A DNA stretch of 64,000 nucleotides from a virus (Duplodnaviria; Caudoviricetes): the IMG/VR virus record IMGVR_UViG_3300048599_000737, positions 1 to 64,000 of that record, one strand, 5' to 3'. The stretch's first letter is position 1. Every line of letters starts with the position of its first letter. Positions 18,401 through 26,785 of the stretch are shown here, in pieces. The notes beneath the pieces were generated by a model. That model was not told the DNA's origin, did no database searches, and was given only the letters and a program-made list of their open reading frames with translations. Both the position numbers and the translations under genes were made by a program.

Positions 18401-19810
18401 TACCTTATTGCGAGCCAAAGCGTGGCTGGGAGCAATAGCGCCTGGACCGAAGCCTCTTTCGCCACACCAGTCCACTTGATGGCAGGTTCAAACTATGTAG
18501 TAGGAGCGTTCACAGGAGGAAACGCATATTCCTGGGTGCGTGATGGCAGCAGTTCGTTTGCGGATGGCACGATTGTCCAAGGATACTCGGCACAGGGGGA
18601 CACTTTCCCAGATAACCAGGACAGCGCTCGTTGGTACTTGGTTGACCTGCGCTACGTTCACGCTGGTTCGATGACGCCATCCACAACCGGCAGTTTTGCC
18701 AGCGGGGCCTGGACCGGCAATATAAGCTTGAGGGAAACTGGCACCAACATCCTGCTTATGGCTGATGATGGCAATGGCCACCTTGGCTATGCCAATGCGC
18801 TCAACGTCTATCAGCCAAACGATCTCGCCTCAAGCATGACCGCTTCACCTTCTAACCCAGTGGTCGGTAGCAACCTGACGTTTACGACAACGGTCTTGAA
18901 TCCCGGACCCAACGCCTCAACGGGTGTGTTTCTGACGAACCTACCACCGACTGGAGCTACTTTCGTTTCGGCCCAGTCGAGCCAGGGAACCTGCACCATC
19001 GCTAATGGTATCGTGATCTGCAACTTTGGCACCATCGCCTCGATGGCATCAGTCACCTTGGACGTGGTGGTTTCTCCCACAGTCGGCGGTCTGCCTCTGA
19101 CGAATTCGGCAAACGTGGTTCGCAATGAGACCGATCCCAATCCCGGCAATAACAGCGTCACATTGGCGGTTGTGCCCAATCTTGCTCTGTCGCAGGCGTT
19201 CTCCCAGGCCACCAGCTACTTCTGGACTCCCTGGAGAACTGGGGGCGATGCCCTTTGGAGCGTGGAGACCAGCGTCACGCATGATGGCGTGCAAGCGGCC
19301 CAAAGCGGAGCAATTCTCAACAGCCAGCAATCCTGGATCGAAACGACCGTGCGCGGTCCAGGAAGCCTCAGCTTCTGGTGGAAATCGTCATCTCAGCTCG
19401 GGGGCGATTTCTTGAGTTTTTCCACCAACGGTGGCAATTGCACCAGCATTTCCGGCGACGTGGATTGGCAGCAAGTTAACTGGTCCATCCTGCCGGGTGT
19501 TACGGTTCTCCGCTGGACCTATGCGAAAGACGACAGTATTGCTTCAGGCTCAGACACGGCATGGCTGGACCAGGTGAGTTACACAATATCCTCGTTTAAC
19601 TTGAATGAGCCCTCCTTGACCTCCAGTGGATTTGTGTTTTCCGTGGCTGGCATGACCGGTCAACGACTCATCATTCAAGGCTCAACCAATCTCGTCCAAT
19701 GGGTTTCGCTGAGCACCAACGTCGTAACGGGAGGCGTTGTCAATTTCACCGACATGGACGCCACTAACTACCCATATCGTTTCTATCGAGCGGTGTTCGT
19801 AAACCAGTAA
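15470..19810 (+). CDS. Large secreted adhesin-like protein (Ig, BNR/WD40-like propeller, two DUF4082-like, two DUF11, Calx-beta, Verrucomicrobia-type C-terminal domain)
   Basis: Signal peptide, ISYQWQLNG, repeated YGNGxFVAxG, DLAVTLTA..PV.VNSNLTYT, LSVGDVSVTEGN, IQGSTNLVQW...FTD...RFYR. Confidence 0.88.
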   Translation: MNSKPYRLLFLLAFLFSLRPVCAQMAFYYDASGNPTNCVYVSNATLTSLTATNNETIVAGDELSLAVSASGSGPISYQWQLNGVNIVGATNATYFKSSACTSDAGVYTVVVTGATGSLTNQAGMVTILASSNTLYAVTYGLNRFVAVGASGTIVASSNLVSWALLNSGTTNALYGVCSANASLVTVGALGTALTSTDATNWTSRATGTTNDLNAVTYGNGIFVAAGSKGCILTSPNACSWAIQTFDSPTLTSIVYTNSLFIATGTGGTIWTSSNGTNWFGQDFDTTETINAVGYGNGKFVAAGTSGLILTSSDGSNWVEQTSATAQDLNSLLPFNGELFGIGPVGQNLISLDGANWGISDSGTFDVLFGSTVGNGIPVAVGENGTVIQVPNSLADHFAWSYVPSPQRTNLAFSVTLTAKDAANNTISNYSGSVTLSTLTGQVTLTNSILTNVAPEYTNASAYTVGYAFTPNSDLLVTAVKHFDVADKVSIWKEDETLLASVNVTNQRNAWVSTPLSAPLTLKAGTTYVIGVYSKTNCFYNLDGPTSFADGTIDQSFLTDEDGCPIYPESIYWFLVDITYIVQQSSSNSISPTVVTLSSGTANFSATVQNPGNGITMSATDSDGHEGTSNPFNVYGANDLAVTLTATPNPVGVNSNLTYTAVVINSGSTSSTGVYLTNVIPPASTFLQATTSQGTCQYANGVVVCNVGNLAGQGSVTNTIIVTPVVSGVMLTNTAIAVRNETDSNPNNNRVSLATYVPPTLSVGDVSVTEGNVGLSQAHVPVTLSAPSVLAVSFTTETFDGTNANSAVAGQDYVASSQTWVLTPGTTSAYIPISIQGNTTIEADKQFRVKLSAAANATLTRDQATVTIVNDDGLSGQVYNLVWSSLSSPQVTNQPFSATITALDASGATATSFASQVMLSMINPANATNTVVGASSPTSSGNVELRTVGYLFSPTNDLYVTGARTYGGTKVSIWTSTGYLIASQSVAGSNSAWTEASFATPVHLMAGSNYVVGAFTGGNAYSWVRDGSSSFADGTIVQGYSAQGDTFPDNQDSARWYLVDLRYVHAGSMTPSTTGSFASGAWTGNISLRETGTNILLMADDGNGHLGYANALNVYQPNDLASSMTASPSNPVVGSNLTFTTTVLNPGPNASTGVFLTNLPPTGATFVSAQSSQGTCTIANGIVICNFGTIASMASVTLDVVVSPTVGGLPLTNSANVVRNETDPNPGNNSVTLAVVPNLALSQAFSQATSYFWTPWRTGGDALWSVETSVTHDGVQAAQSGAILNSQQSWIETTVRGPGSLSFWWKSSSQLGGDFLSFSTNGGNCTSISGDVDWQQVNWSILPGVTVLRWTYAKDDSIASGSDTAWLDQVSYTISSFNLNEPSLTSSGFVFSVAGMTGQRLIIQGSTNLVQWVSLSTNVVTGGVVNFTDMDATNYPYRFYRAVFVNQ

Positions 19811-19853
19811 CTCATGCTGACCATCTTTGATTAACATCACACCAAAGTAATTT

Positions 19854-19922
19854 TCCGGGCGGTGGCTCGTTTCCCCAGCGGCCCACCCCATGGGCCACCC
19901 TCCTTGGCGACCGCCGCCCGGA
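19854..19922. repeat. Structured palindromic element, copy 1
   Basis: Outer stem TCCGGGCGGTGG/CCGCCGCCCGGA; inner hairpin GGCCCA/TGGGCC. Confidence 0.8.
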
Positions 19923-19933
19923 TTCTCCCTCCT

Positions 19934-20290
19934 ATGCCTCTCGACATCAAAGATGGTTTCTCTCCGGTTTTAAGATGTGACCACTGTAAGGAACTCATCA
20001 CGGAGGCTTCCAAGGCTCTCGCTATCTGGAGACCGCCACAGCCCATCGAATGCCATCTGGCTCAGCATCCAGACATCTATTTCCTTCACGAGGAATGCAA
20101 TCTCACTTTCCAGCAGACCGCATTTACGGATAGCGAGCGAGCCCAGGCAAATTCCGCACCGCTAACCGAGTTCCTGACGCACTTGCTGGCAAATACCGGT
20201 ATTGCCTTCCTGGAAGCCGCCATCCCCTCAAAAAGCGAGGAACGGCTTGTCTCCGCGCTATCCCAGGAGAACATGCCTATTTCACGTTGA
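19934..20290 (+). CDS. Hypothetical protein with CxxC...HxxC (possible Zn-binding), flanked by the two structured repeats
   Basis: RCDHC and LHEEC motifs; start trimmed to ATG 19934. Confidence 0.6.
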   Translation: MPLDIKDGFSPVLRCDHCKELITEASKALAIWRPPQPIECHLAQHPDIYFLHEECNLTFQQTAFTDSERAQANSAPLTEFLTHLLANTGIAFLEAAIPSKSEERLVSALSQENMPISR

Positions 20291-20358
20291 GCGGGAGGGC
20301 ATTGCACAGCCTCAAAAAAAACCTTGTTCCGCACGCTGAACACAGCTACAAACGTCTT

Positions 20359-20429
20359 TATCCGGGCGGTGGATCGTTTCCCCAGCGGGATTCCCCATCC
20401 CCACCTCCTTGGCGACTACCGCCCGGATA
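20359..20429. repeat. Structured palindromic element, copy 2
   Basis: Outer stem TATCCGGGCGGTGG/CTACCGCCCGGATA; inner hairpin GGGAT/ATCCC. Confidence 0.8.
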
Positions 20430-20532
20430 CTTTCGGCAGCTACTCATGGCGACCGCCAAGGGCTCCAAAGGTTGACTTGTTTTGTAATGGCACTTTTCGC
20501 TAATTCCGTGCTATTCCATCCTAAATAATCAA

Positions 20533-21357
20533 ATGAATCCCATAGACCCAAACACTGCAAAAATCCTCATCGATACCGGCAAGGAACTCGGCATTGATAA
20601 GCTCCTCCCAACGGTTTACGCGGATCTTCTCCAGCCAGCCGTCCGGGAAGTTGGCGACGGTTTGCGCATCATCGCTAGAACAGCGAAGGTAGCGTTAGCC
20701 CCACTAAAAGCTACTATCTTTGGATATGAGCAGATAGAAGATATCCTCTCGGTAATGGTAACAGCGCGACTCGCCAAGAAATCGCCCGCAGATATACAGA
20801 CTCCCGACCCGGTTGTAGCCGGCCCGCTGTTGATCGGAATGTCCTTTACGGTCCAGGCTCCACATTTACGCGAGATGTATGCCAACCTATTGGCGACAGC
20901 TATGCACCGTCCATCTTCGGCGAAGGCCCATCCTTCCTTCGTGCAAATCATCCAGCAACTCAGTCCGGCTGAGGCGCTCATCCTGAAGGAAATTTCCAGA
21001 GGGTATAAAAGTGGTGATGTGTTATTCCGAGAGGACGTCAAAAACGTACCGAAGCTCCAGCCGACTAGCACGCTTAGCATGGCCACAATGCTTACTAATG
21101 TGGAGCCGTCGGCAATTTCCGACGTATGGCAAAGCCTTTGCGAGAGATGCGGTGTCACTGAACCGGTTCTCGCCCGCGCGTTTTACCGCAACCTCATTCG
21201 TCTAGGCATTTTCGCTGAACGCAATGAGGGTGAATCAAAGGGGGGCAATTTGGCCGATTACCTGGAATCCAGCTTTGCTAGAAGGCTGCAAACCCACGTC
21301 GAACTGAGCGAGTTTGGCGACCTATTCCTTGATGTCTGCGTCAGGGAAAGCATTTAA
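20533..21357 (+). CDS. Abi-alpha/DUF4393-family protein (candidate abortive infection)
   Basis: IQTPDPVVAGPLL...LREMYANLLATAM...AHPSFVQIIQQLSPAEALIL. Confidence 0.75.
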   Translation: MNPIDPNTAKILIDTGKELGIDKLLPTVYADLLQPAVREVGDGLRIIARTAKVALAPLKATIFGYEQIEDILSVMVTARLAKKSPADIQTPDPVVAGPLLIGMSFTVQAPHLREMYANLLATAMHRPSSAKAHPSFVQIIQQLSPAEALILKEISRGYKSGDVLFREDVKNVPKLQPTSTLSMATMLTNVEPSAISDVWQSLCERCGVTEPVLARAFYRNLIRLGIFAERNEGESKGGNLADYLESSFARRLQTHVELSEFGDLFLDVCVRESI

Positions 21358-21386
21358 GTGTCCACCCCACCTAACTCAAGAGGATT

Positions 21387-22619
21387 ATGAACCAAATCAG
21401 CAACCTCCATCCTCTTCGCTGCTTGCAGCTTAGCCCAATCTTCCGTCGGGATTGTAACAGCTATCGTACACGGGTTTACGAAGCCCAGATTCGTTTCAAG
21501 AGAGAGGACGGCGCTGAAATCCTCGCAGGAGCGTTTGAAACCCAGTTGCCGAAATTCGAGGGAATGACAATTTGTGATCTCCAGGCTCTCATTGCTCGCA
21601 GAGGGCGTAACGATCAGGAACTCTACCGGTTTGTTCATTTCTGGGACGGACCTCGCCAAATTTTCCAGTTCGACGCTGGCTTGGCCGAAATGCTTTCCCA
21701 GACAGATGTATGCGACGTCCCCTGGGACTCTTTGAAGGCACCATATCCTGAGTTCTACCTGCACTTTGGTTGCGTGCTTGAAAACAGCCTGGAGATTGCC
21801 AACCGTCGATATAAGGCCGAAGGCGCTTATATTCGGATTCAGGATGGCCCGAGTTTTATTGATGGTTTCAAAACCGGTGCCATTCACATATCTATCGCGA
21901 CTCGTTTGGTTTCGCCAAAGTATGAGGAGGTTTTGGCAGGAATGGAAAAGGGCTCTTCTTTATGCGAACCTACGTACAACATCACTATTTCCGGCACCAC
22001 GGGGGAAACGGTAGCCCAGGCACTGGCTCGTGGCCGGGAAACCAATCTCAGTCTGGTTCGCAAGCTTGACCAGCAAGCGCTGGACTCGGCCTTGGAAGTC
22101 GCCCAGGCCGAGGAAATCGACCCGCTGGGTCTCAGGCAGGCAGAATGCCTCCATATGGAGGAGCAAAAGTACCTTCGCGGTGAACCCATCACAACCGAAG
22201 CTGTGGGGCTGGTTTTTAACTGCATTGCATATTTGACAATGTGCCCACCCGAAGGTGAGCCCGAGTATCCGTCAGGAGCTCCCAAGAGCCTTATCGACCG
22301 CATTAAGAAAGCGCCAACCCCAAAGAAAAAGCGAATCCTCACCAATAACCTGGACCAACTCGGATTTACTAAGGTGCGTTTTGTTCGCGATCCTTCTCCT
22401 CGGGAAACAACGGCGTCAACGGGAAAAACAGTTCGCACGCATTGGCGACGCGGCCACTGGCGTTCGCAACCCTGTGGCACCGGGTTGCTCAAACGGGTTC
22501 TTGTTTGGATTCGGCCATGCGTTGTTAATGCGGATAGAGAGCAACCCGGCACACAACTTCCCGGTCACCTCTATCAGGTTGATAAAGCCACTACGGATGT
22601 CAACCAGACTCCGAGTTAG
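21387..22619 (+). CDS. Hypothetical protein with C-terminal HWRRGHWRxQ motif
   Basis: 410-aa ORF; VRTHWRRGHWRSQPCG...VWIRPCVV; start uncertain. Confidence 0.7.
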   Translation: MNQISNLHPLRCLQLSPIFRRDCNSYRTRVYEAQIRFKREDGAEILAGAFETQLPKFEGMTICDLQALIARRGRNDQELYRFVHFWDGPRQIFQFDAGLAEMLSQTDVCDVPWDSLKAPYPEFYLHFGCVLENSLEIANRRYKAEGAYIRIQDGPSFIDGFKTGAIHISIATRLVSPKYEEVLAGMEKGSSLCEPTYNITISGTTGETVAQALARGRETNLSLVRKLDQQALDSALEVAQAEEIDPLGLRQAECLHMEEQKYLRGEPITTEAVGLVFNCIAYLTMCPPEGEPEYPSGAPKSLIDRIKKAPTPKKKRILTNNLDQLGFTKVRFVRDPSPRETTASTGKTVRTHWRRGHWRSQPCGTGLLKRVLVWIRPCVVNADREQPGTQLPGHLYQVDKATTDVNQTPS

Positions 22620-23481
22620 GCAGGATACTGCCAGTGATTGCGAGCGTGGCCTTTCTCGATACAGAACCGTTGAGACTAGCACCCAAGCGGTTAGTCTTGC
22701 AGGTGAAAGCCGCTGAACCCGAACTGGCGAGTGGTTCCCCGTTGACGTAACCCTTATATGTGTGTATCTCTTTTCTATGATTTGCGGGAGCAATCGCATT
22801 TTAACGCTTTTCGCCACAAGGACAGATTCCGTCCGTGTCCCCTGCCCCTCGTGCTCACAACACCTGGAGATTCCGCATTCCACGCACCAAAGCCCTGACC
22901 CCGCGTAATCGGTCAGGTCGGTTAGAGCCGGACGACGCCACAGTAGGCCCTGCGCCAAGCCCGTCCAAATCCACGTTCCGAGCAGGTCGATGGGGCACCC
23001 GACGCCAACACTACGATGTCCCCGACTGTCAGCGCACCTCCCGCTCCACCACGACCAGGAACCGCCCGCCAGTCTGCTCCTTGGGTTTACCGCTGACCGT
23101 AACCCGCCAACGCAGGCAAAGCAGATTCTGGCGCCCCTAACTATTGGTGGATGTTCCCTGTACACGCCAGACGCGTCCGACCCAACCTCCTTTTCAGGCT
23201 TCTCCTTGCCTTCCTGGCTCTGCCAGACATTGTAGCCAGTCAGAACCAAGCCAGACCAGGTTCCTCCTCTCCAAACCAGTCCCAAGCTCATCCCAACTCC
23301 AAGCCGTCATTACCCGGGATACCCCGCTCCGGCCAGGACGTCACCCCGTGTCCAGAACACCTCGGAAAAGTGCCTTGGGTTTTCCAGAAAGTTGAGATGG
23401 AGGTGGTGTTGTTTACATACGCGCTCCCCGCAGGCCCCCACCCCCACCCCCACCCGCGACTGTTTTTCACCCTGCCGGATT

Positions 23482-23505
23482 GTAACCCTTTGACAAAAGG
23501 GTAAC
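23482..23505. promoter_or_regulatory. Inverted GTWACCCT pair enclosing a TTGACA hexamer
   Basis: GTAACCCT-ttgacaaa-AGGGTAAC. Confidence 0.6.
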
Positions 23506-23514
23506 TCAGCTTCG

Positions 23515-23527
23515 CAACCTATTGATT
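23515..23527 (-). promoter_or_regulatory. IHF consensus site
   Basis: Minus strand AATCAATAGGTTG matches WATCAANNNNTTR. Confidence 0.45.
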
Positions 23528-24103
23528 TACAAGGTGTAACGCGGTTCAAAGTCCGCAGTTCCTTGAAAATCTACTGGTAAGCGCAGGTCACTCAGCCGGG
23601 AATCCGGGCGGACATCGGCGCCAGTCCAGTCGGCGAAGAGCGGGTGTTTTGCCCTTTGAAAATGTGTCGTCACATATTTAAAAATCGGCAAAAATTTCCC
23701 CCTCCCCTCGCACGGCCCGCGCCCAGCATAGCGCGGGTGAGCAAGTCGAGTCTGGTGCAATGTCGTGCCTTCAGACTGCGGTTGCGGCTCATGGGCGATT
23801 TATCCCCTTGGCTAGTGCATTCAAGCATTGGCGACCAATTGAGCGGCAGGCGAGACGGTCAAGCTTTGGGCTTCACCCCGTCCCCGGTTATCGCAAGTGA
23901 AAGGTATTGGTATCACCCGATTAAAACAGCCCGTGTCTGCCATGACACGCTAATAAAGAGACGACCAAGCGTCTCGATCCAACTGTAGGGAATGGCTACA
24001 GCAATCAACCCGGGAAAAGTGTCGCGTGGTGAACGTGGCGCTTTGACGGGTACAAAGTTGAACCGCTCGGGACACTGTTACGCGGTGTCCGGTTGGTATA
24101 AGC

Positions 24104-24170
24104 GGGGGGCTTGGTGGTGCGATGATATTTTGTTACGCAAAATTAGCCTGCCAAGCTCCCCTCTTTTCCT
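24104..24170 (+). terminator. Long stem-loop followed by a T-rich tract (terminator or attenuator candidate)
   Basis: GGGGGGCTTGG/CCAAGCTCCCC outer stem, ATTTTG/CAAAAT inner stem, then TCTTTTCCT. Confidence 0.45.
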
Positions 24171-24236
24171 CTGCTAATGGCCGGGCCATTGGCGGAGTAA
24201 AAGACAGTTAACAATCAACATACAGATCGAATTCTT

Positions 24237-24662
24237 ATGACGAGTACAAACCTGATCGTATCCAACACCAAAACCACGCCGGCCTTGGCGGCCTTGCCAG
24301 AAGGGTTTTTAGTGACAACATCCAATAAATCTGGCCGTCGAACGGTGCGACCGATTAGCCGGGTGGAGTTTAGGAAAGCGCACAAGCTGACCAATGCGGC
24401 AGCGAAACGCCAATACGCGCTACACATGCGCCAGTTTACCGTTGCGGCGGCGGCAGACTTCTCAGCCCAGATAGCGCAAGGGCTGGTGGCGAAGGCTATT
24501 TCGGTCAGTTCATCCGGGGTGCGTGGCTACAGCCTGACGGAAGGGGCGCCGGTGGCGGTGGCGGAGCCGACTGCGGACCAAGCACGCGAGGTCTATGCGA
24601 AGAGCCTGGGGCTGACAGTGGCGGAGTTGGATGCGCTGGTGGGGGTGGGCAAGACGGAATAG
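24237..24662 (+). CDS. Hypothetical phage-like protein (basic, Ala-rich)
   Basis: 141-aa ORF after an AT-rich leader. Confidence 0.65.
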   Translation: MTSTNLIVSNTKTTPALAALPEGFLVTTSNKSGRRTVRPISRVEFRKAHKLTNAAAKRQYALHMRQFTVAAAADFSAQIAQGLVAKAISVSSSGVRGYSLTEGAPVAVAEPTADQAREVYAKSLGLTVAELDALVGVGKTE

Positions 24663-24706
24663 CCATTGCAGCTCAAGGAATATGCACGCCGACAGCTCAT
24701 GATTAC

Positions 24707-25135
24707 CTACATGTCCTTGAATTCATCAACATTCGCGGGCGACCGAACAACGACATGAATGATGTCTTCAAACCAGCTTTCAGAGAGTTCAAGGACATCT
24801 TCACTGCCGCCCGCAGCCCGCACAGAACTTTGTCCAGGAGCTGGATTAGGAATAAAGCGGATGTCCATTGGCCAATCAGCCTCATGAACAAGGACACAGC
24901 GCACCCACTTGTAAAGTATCTCCTCAATTGAACGCATCTCACCCCGATAGTAAATTAACAGAGGATAGGGCCGAATGCGTTTTGCGAGTGCCTTGAAAGC
25001 CTCACCATCCTTCGCTGTGGGTTGCTCCTTACGAGCCGTTGCCGCAACTGCAACAACGGCGAGCAACATGGCGCTTTCTCGCCGCCCATCCTTCCAAAGA
25101 AACTTAGCGTCTTCAATGTACCTACGGATGCTCAT
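24707..25135 (-). CDS. HEPN-like protein (candidate RNase)
   Basis: Helical N-terminus (AMLLAVVAVAATARK) and LYKWVRCVLVHEA with Rx4H motif. Confidence 0.6.
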   Translation of the reverse strand: MSIRRYIEDAKFLWKDGRRESAMLLAVVAVAATARKEQPTAKDGEAFKALAKRIRPYPLLIYYRGEMRSIEEILYKWVRCVLVHEADWPMDIRFIPNPAPGQSSVRAAGGSEDVLELSESWFEDIIHVVVRSPANVDEFKDM

Positions 25136-25196
25136 GGGGAATTAAGTCGCCCGGCGGCGCTGTTGGCCACGACCTTCATAGTTTCTCATTCGACAA

Positions 25197-25382
25197 TCAT
25201 CTACCGAGTCTCGGTCCCAGCGTTCGACCGAACGCCCCAACTAATCTTGTCTCCCAGCCGCCGTTACCATAGTCGAAAGCGTACCTGGCTATACGCTCCA
25301 AGTCCTGGTCCGAGAGGGATAACTCTCCTGTCGTCCTGTTAATGTTTCTCTGGAGCCTTACAGTGGCAGTGGGCCATCTCAT
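25197..25382 (-). CDS. Small hypothetical protein
   Basis: ATGA overlap with the 468-aa gene; protein-like LSDQDLERIARYAFDYGNGGWETRL. Confidence 0.6.
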   Translation of the reverse strand: MRWPTATVRLQRNINRTTGELSLSDQDLERIARYAFDYGNGGWETRLVGAFGRTLGPRLGR

Positions 25383-26785
25383 TTGAAGAGTCTCTTCGTA
25401 GTGTCGGAAATCCAGTTCTTCATTCCTCGGCAGTCACTGCCAGTTTTAGCCATCGCAAAGGTGTATCGTTCATCGCCTCGAAAGATCAACTTCAGGTGTT
25501 TTCCGTCATCAGTGATGTCAAACCCCACATCCTCAAGCTGTCGCTTCTGTTGTTTGCCAAGATTCTGACAATTCTGAAGGGCTTCTCGAATGCAATTCTC
25601 TATTCTCTCGCCTTCCCCCCTTACGGGGTTTTTCTTAATCAAAGACTGCAACACCTCCGAGACCCGACCGTCCACCTGAACCCTTCGTTTAGCCTCCTGT
25701 AAAGCACGAATGACGATATCTCGCTGCTCACCGCCAAACAGGTCTTGCTCGCTTCCAGGTAAGAGCAGGCCATCCTGCGAAATCCTCTCGTCACGAACTC
25801 GACGCGCGAGTTCGCATTTAAGACGCCCAATTTCACGCTCAGCTTCATCAAGTTGCTTCTTGGTAGCACGCATCTCGTTATCGAAAGCTGATGTGTATTC
25901 ATCAATTCCGGCTTGCCCCGCCAACTTCAGCTTCGCGATCCTCTTTTGAAAGATCAGTCCTCGTAAATAATCCCAGGTGCAATGATAGTCTGGACGCCTA
26001 CCAGCCAGCGCTTGCCTTACCTGATCAGCCACTTCACTTGCGAAGCGAACGGGTGTTGCAAATGCAAAGGGAGAGATTCGCGTAATCCTCCCGCTTCCTC
26101 TCGGCCAACAGATCGCAACAGCCCCCTCGTATGGATTGAGCTTCCCAACTCGTTTAGCAAGTATGAAAGAGAACCGGCGTGATGGCTCGACGACAACGTG
26201 AGCCATACCGGCAGACCACTTCGCAAGATCCTCCGCATTGAAATAAGGCTGATTAGTCCAAGTGGCACTGGCGTAAATCACCGGCAAGCAGAGTTCCAAC
26301 TCTCCTCGGAGGAGTCGACATGCAACATCGACCTCAGACTCCTGAAGCGTTATCGGCGAATCTGACACTTCGAGCACGCCATCCAAATCACCACCGAATT
26401 CATCAAGGAGCAGTTTTACAATATACGGCTTTTTGGGCTTTGGAAGTCGCATTCCCGTCTCCGCAGTCTGGCAATGCAGGTGGATACCTATCAGGAAGCG
26501 CTGACTGCGGCTCCATCCGCAGATCTCAGTTGCCCAATCCCGCCTTTCGGCGTCTCGCCATTGGTGCCGGAACCCAACGTAAATGCCATCCTCCATCTTA
26601 ATCTTAGCGATCTCAACTTGGTGCGATTCTTTGGACGCGCTAACAATATCATCTTCTTTTATGTCGGGAATCACGGCCAAGGAACCTGCGTGAGGCGAAC
26701 CAACAAGCCATTTTCGACAGAGACCTAGGAGATCATCGCCAGAGTAACTCGGAATAACGGGAAACTGGGTACTCCATATCAGCAT
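25379..26785 (-). CDS. Hypothetical protein with coiled coil and HicA-like C-terminal domain
   Basis: Coiled coil MRATKKQLDEAEREIGRLKCEL; tail GFDITDDGKHLKLIF...AKTGSDCRGMKN. Confidence 0.7.
   Translation of the reverse strand: MLIWSTQFPVIPSYSGDDLLGLCRKWLVGSPHAGSLAVIPDIKEDDIVSASKESHQVEIAKIKMEDGIYVGFRHQWRDAERRDWATEICGWSRSQRFLIGIHLHCQTAETGMRLPKPKKPYIVKLLLDEFGGDLDGVLEVSDSPITLQESEVDVACRLLRGELELCLPVIYASATWTNQPYFNAEDLAKWSAGMAHVVVEPSRRFSFILAKRVGKLNPYEGAVAICWPRGSGRITRISPFAFATPVRFASEVADQVRQALAGRRPDYHCTWDYLRGLIFQKRIAKLKLAGQAGIDEYTSAFDNEMRATKKQLDEAEREIGRLKCELARRVRDERISQDGLLLPGSEQDLFGGEQRDIVIRALQEAKRRVQVDGRVSEVLQSLIKKNPVRGEGERIENCIREALQNCQNLGKQQKRQLEDVGFDITDDGKHLKLIFRGDERYTFAMAKTGSDCRGMKNWISDTTKRLFK

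Noticed and set aside
22416-23291. 291-aa minus-strand ORF and overlapping short ORFs
   Set aside because: Low-complexity, overlaps the 410-aa gene and has no recognisable domain; only fragments (CPSC Zn ribbon; VGDIVVLASG) hint at decayed genes
23540-23560. tRNA T-arm/att remnant (GCGGTTCAAAGTCCGC)
   Set aside because: Loop is 8 nt and non-canonical; no acceptor, D or anticodon arms and no second copy seen
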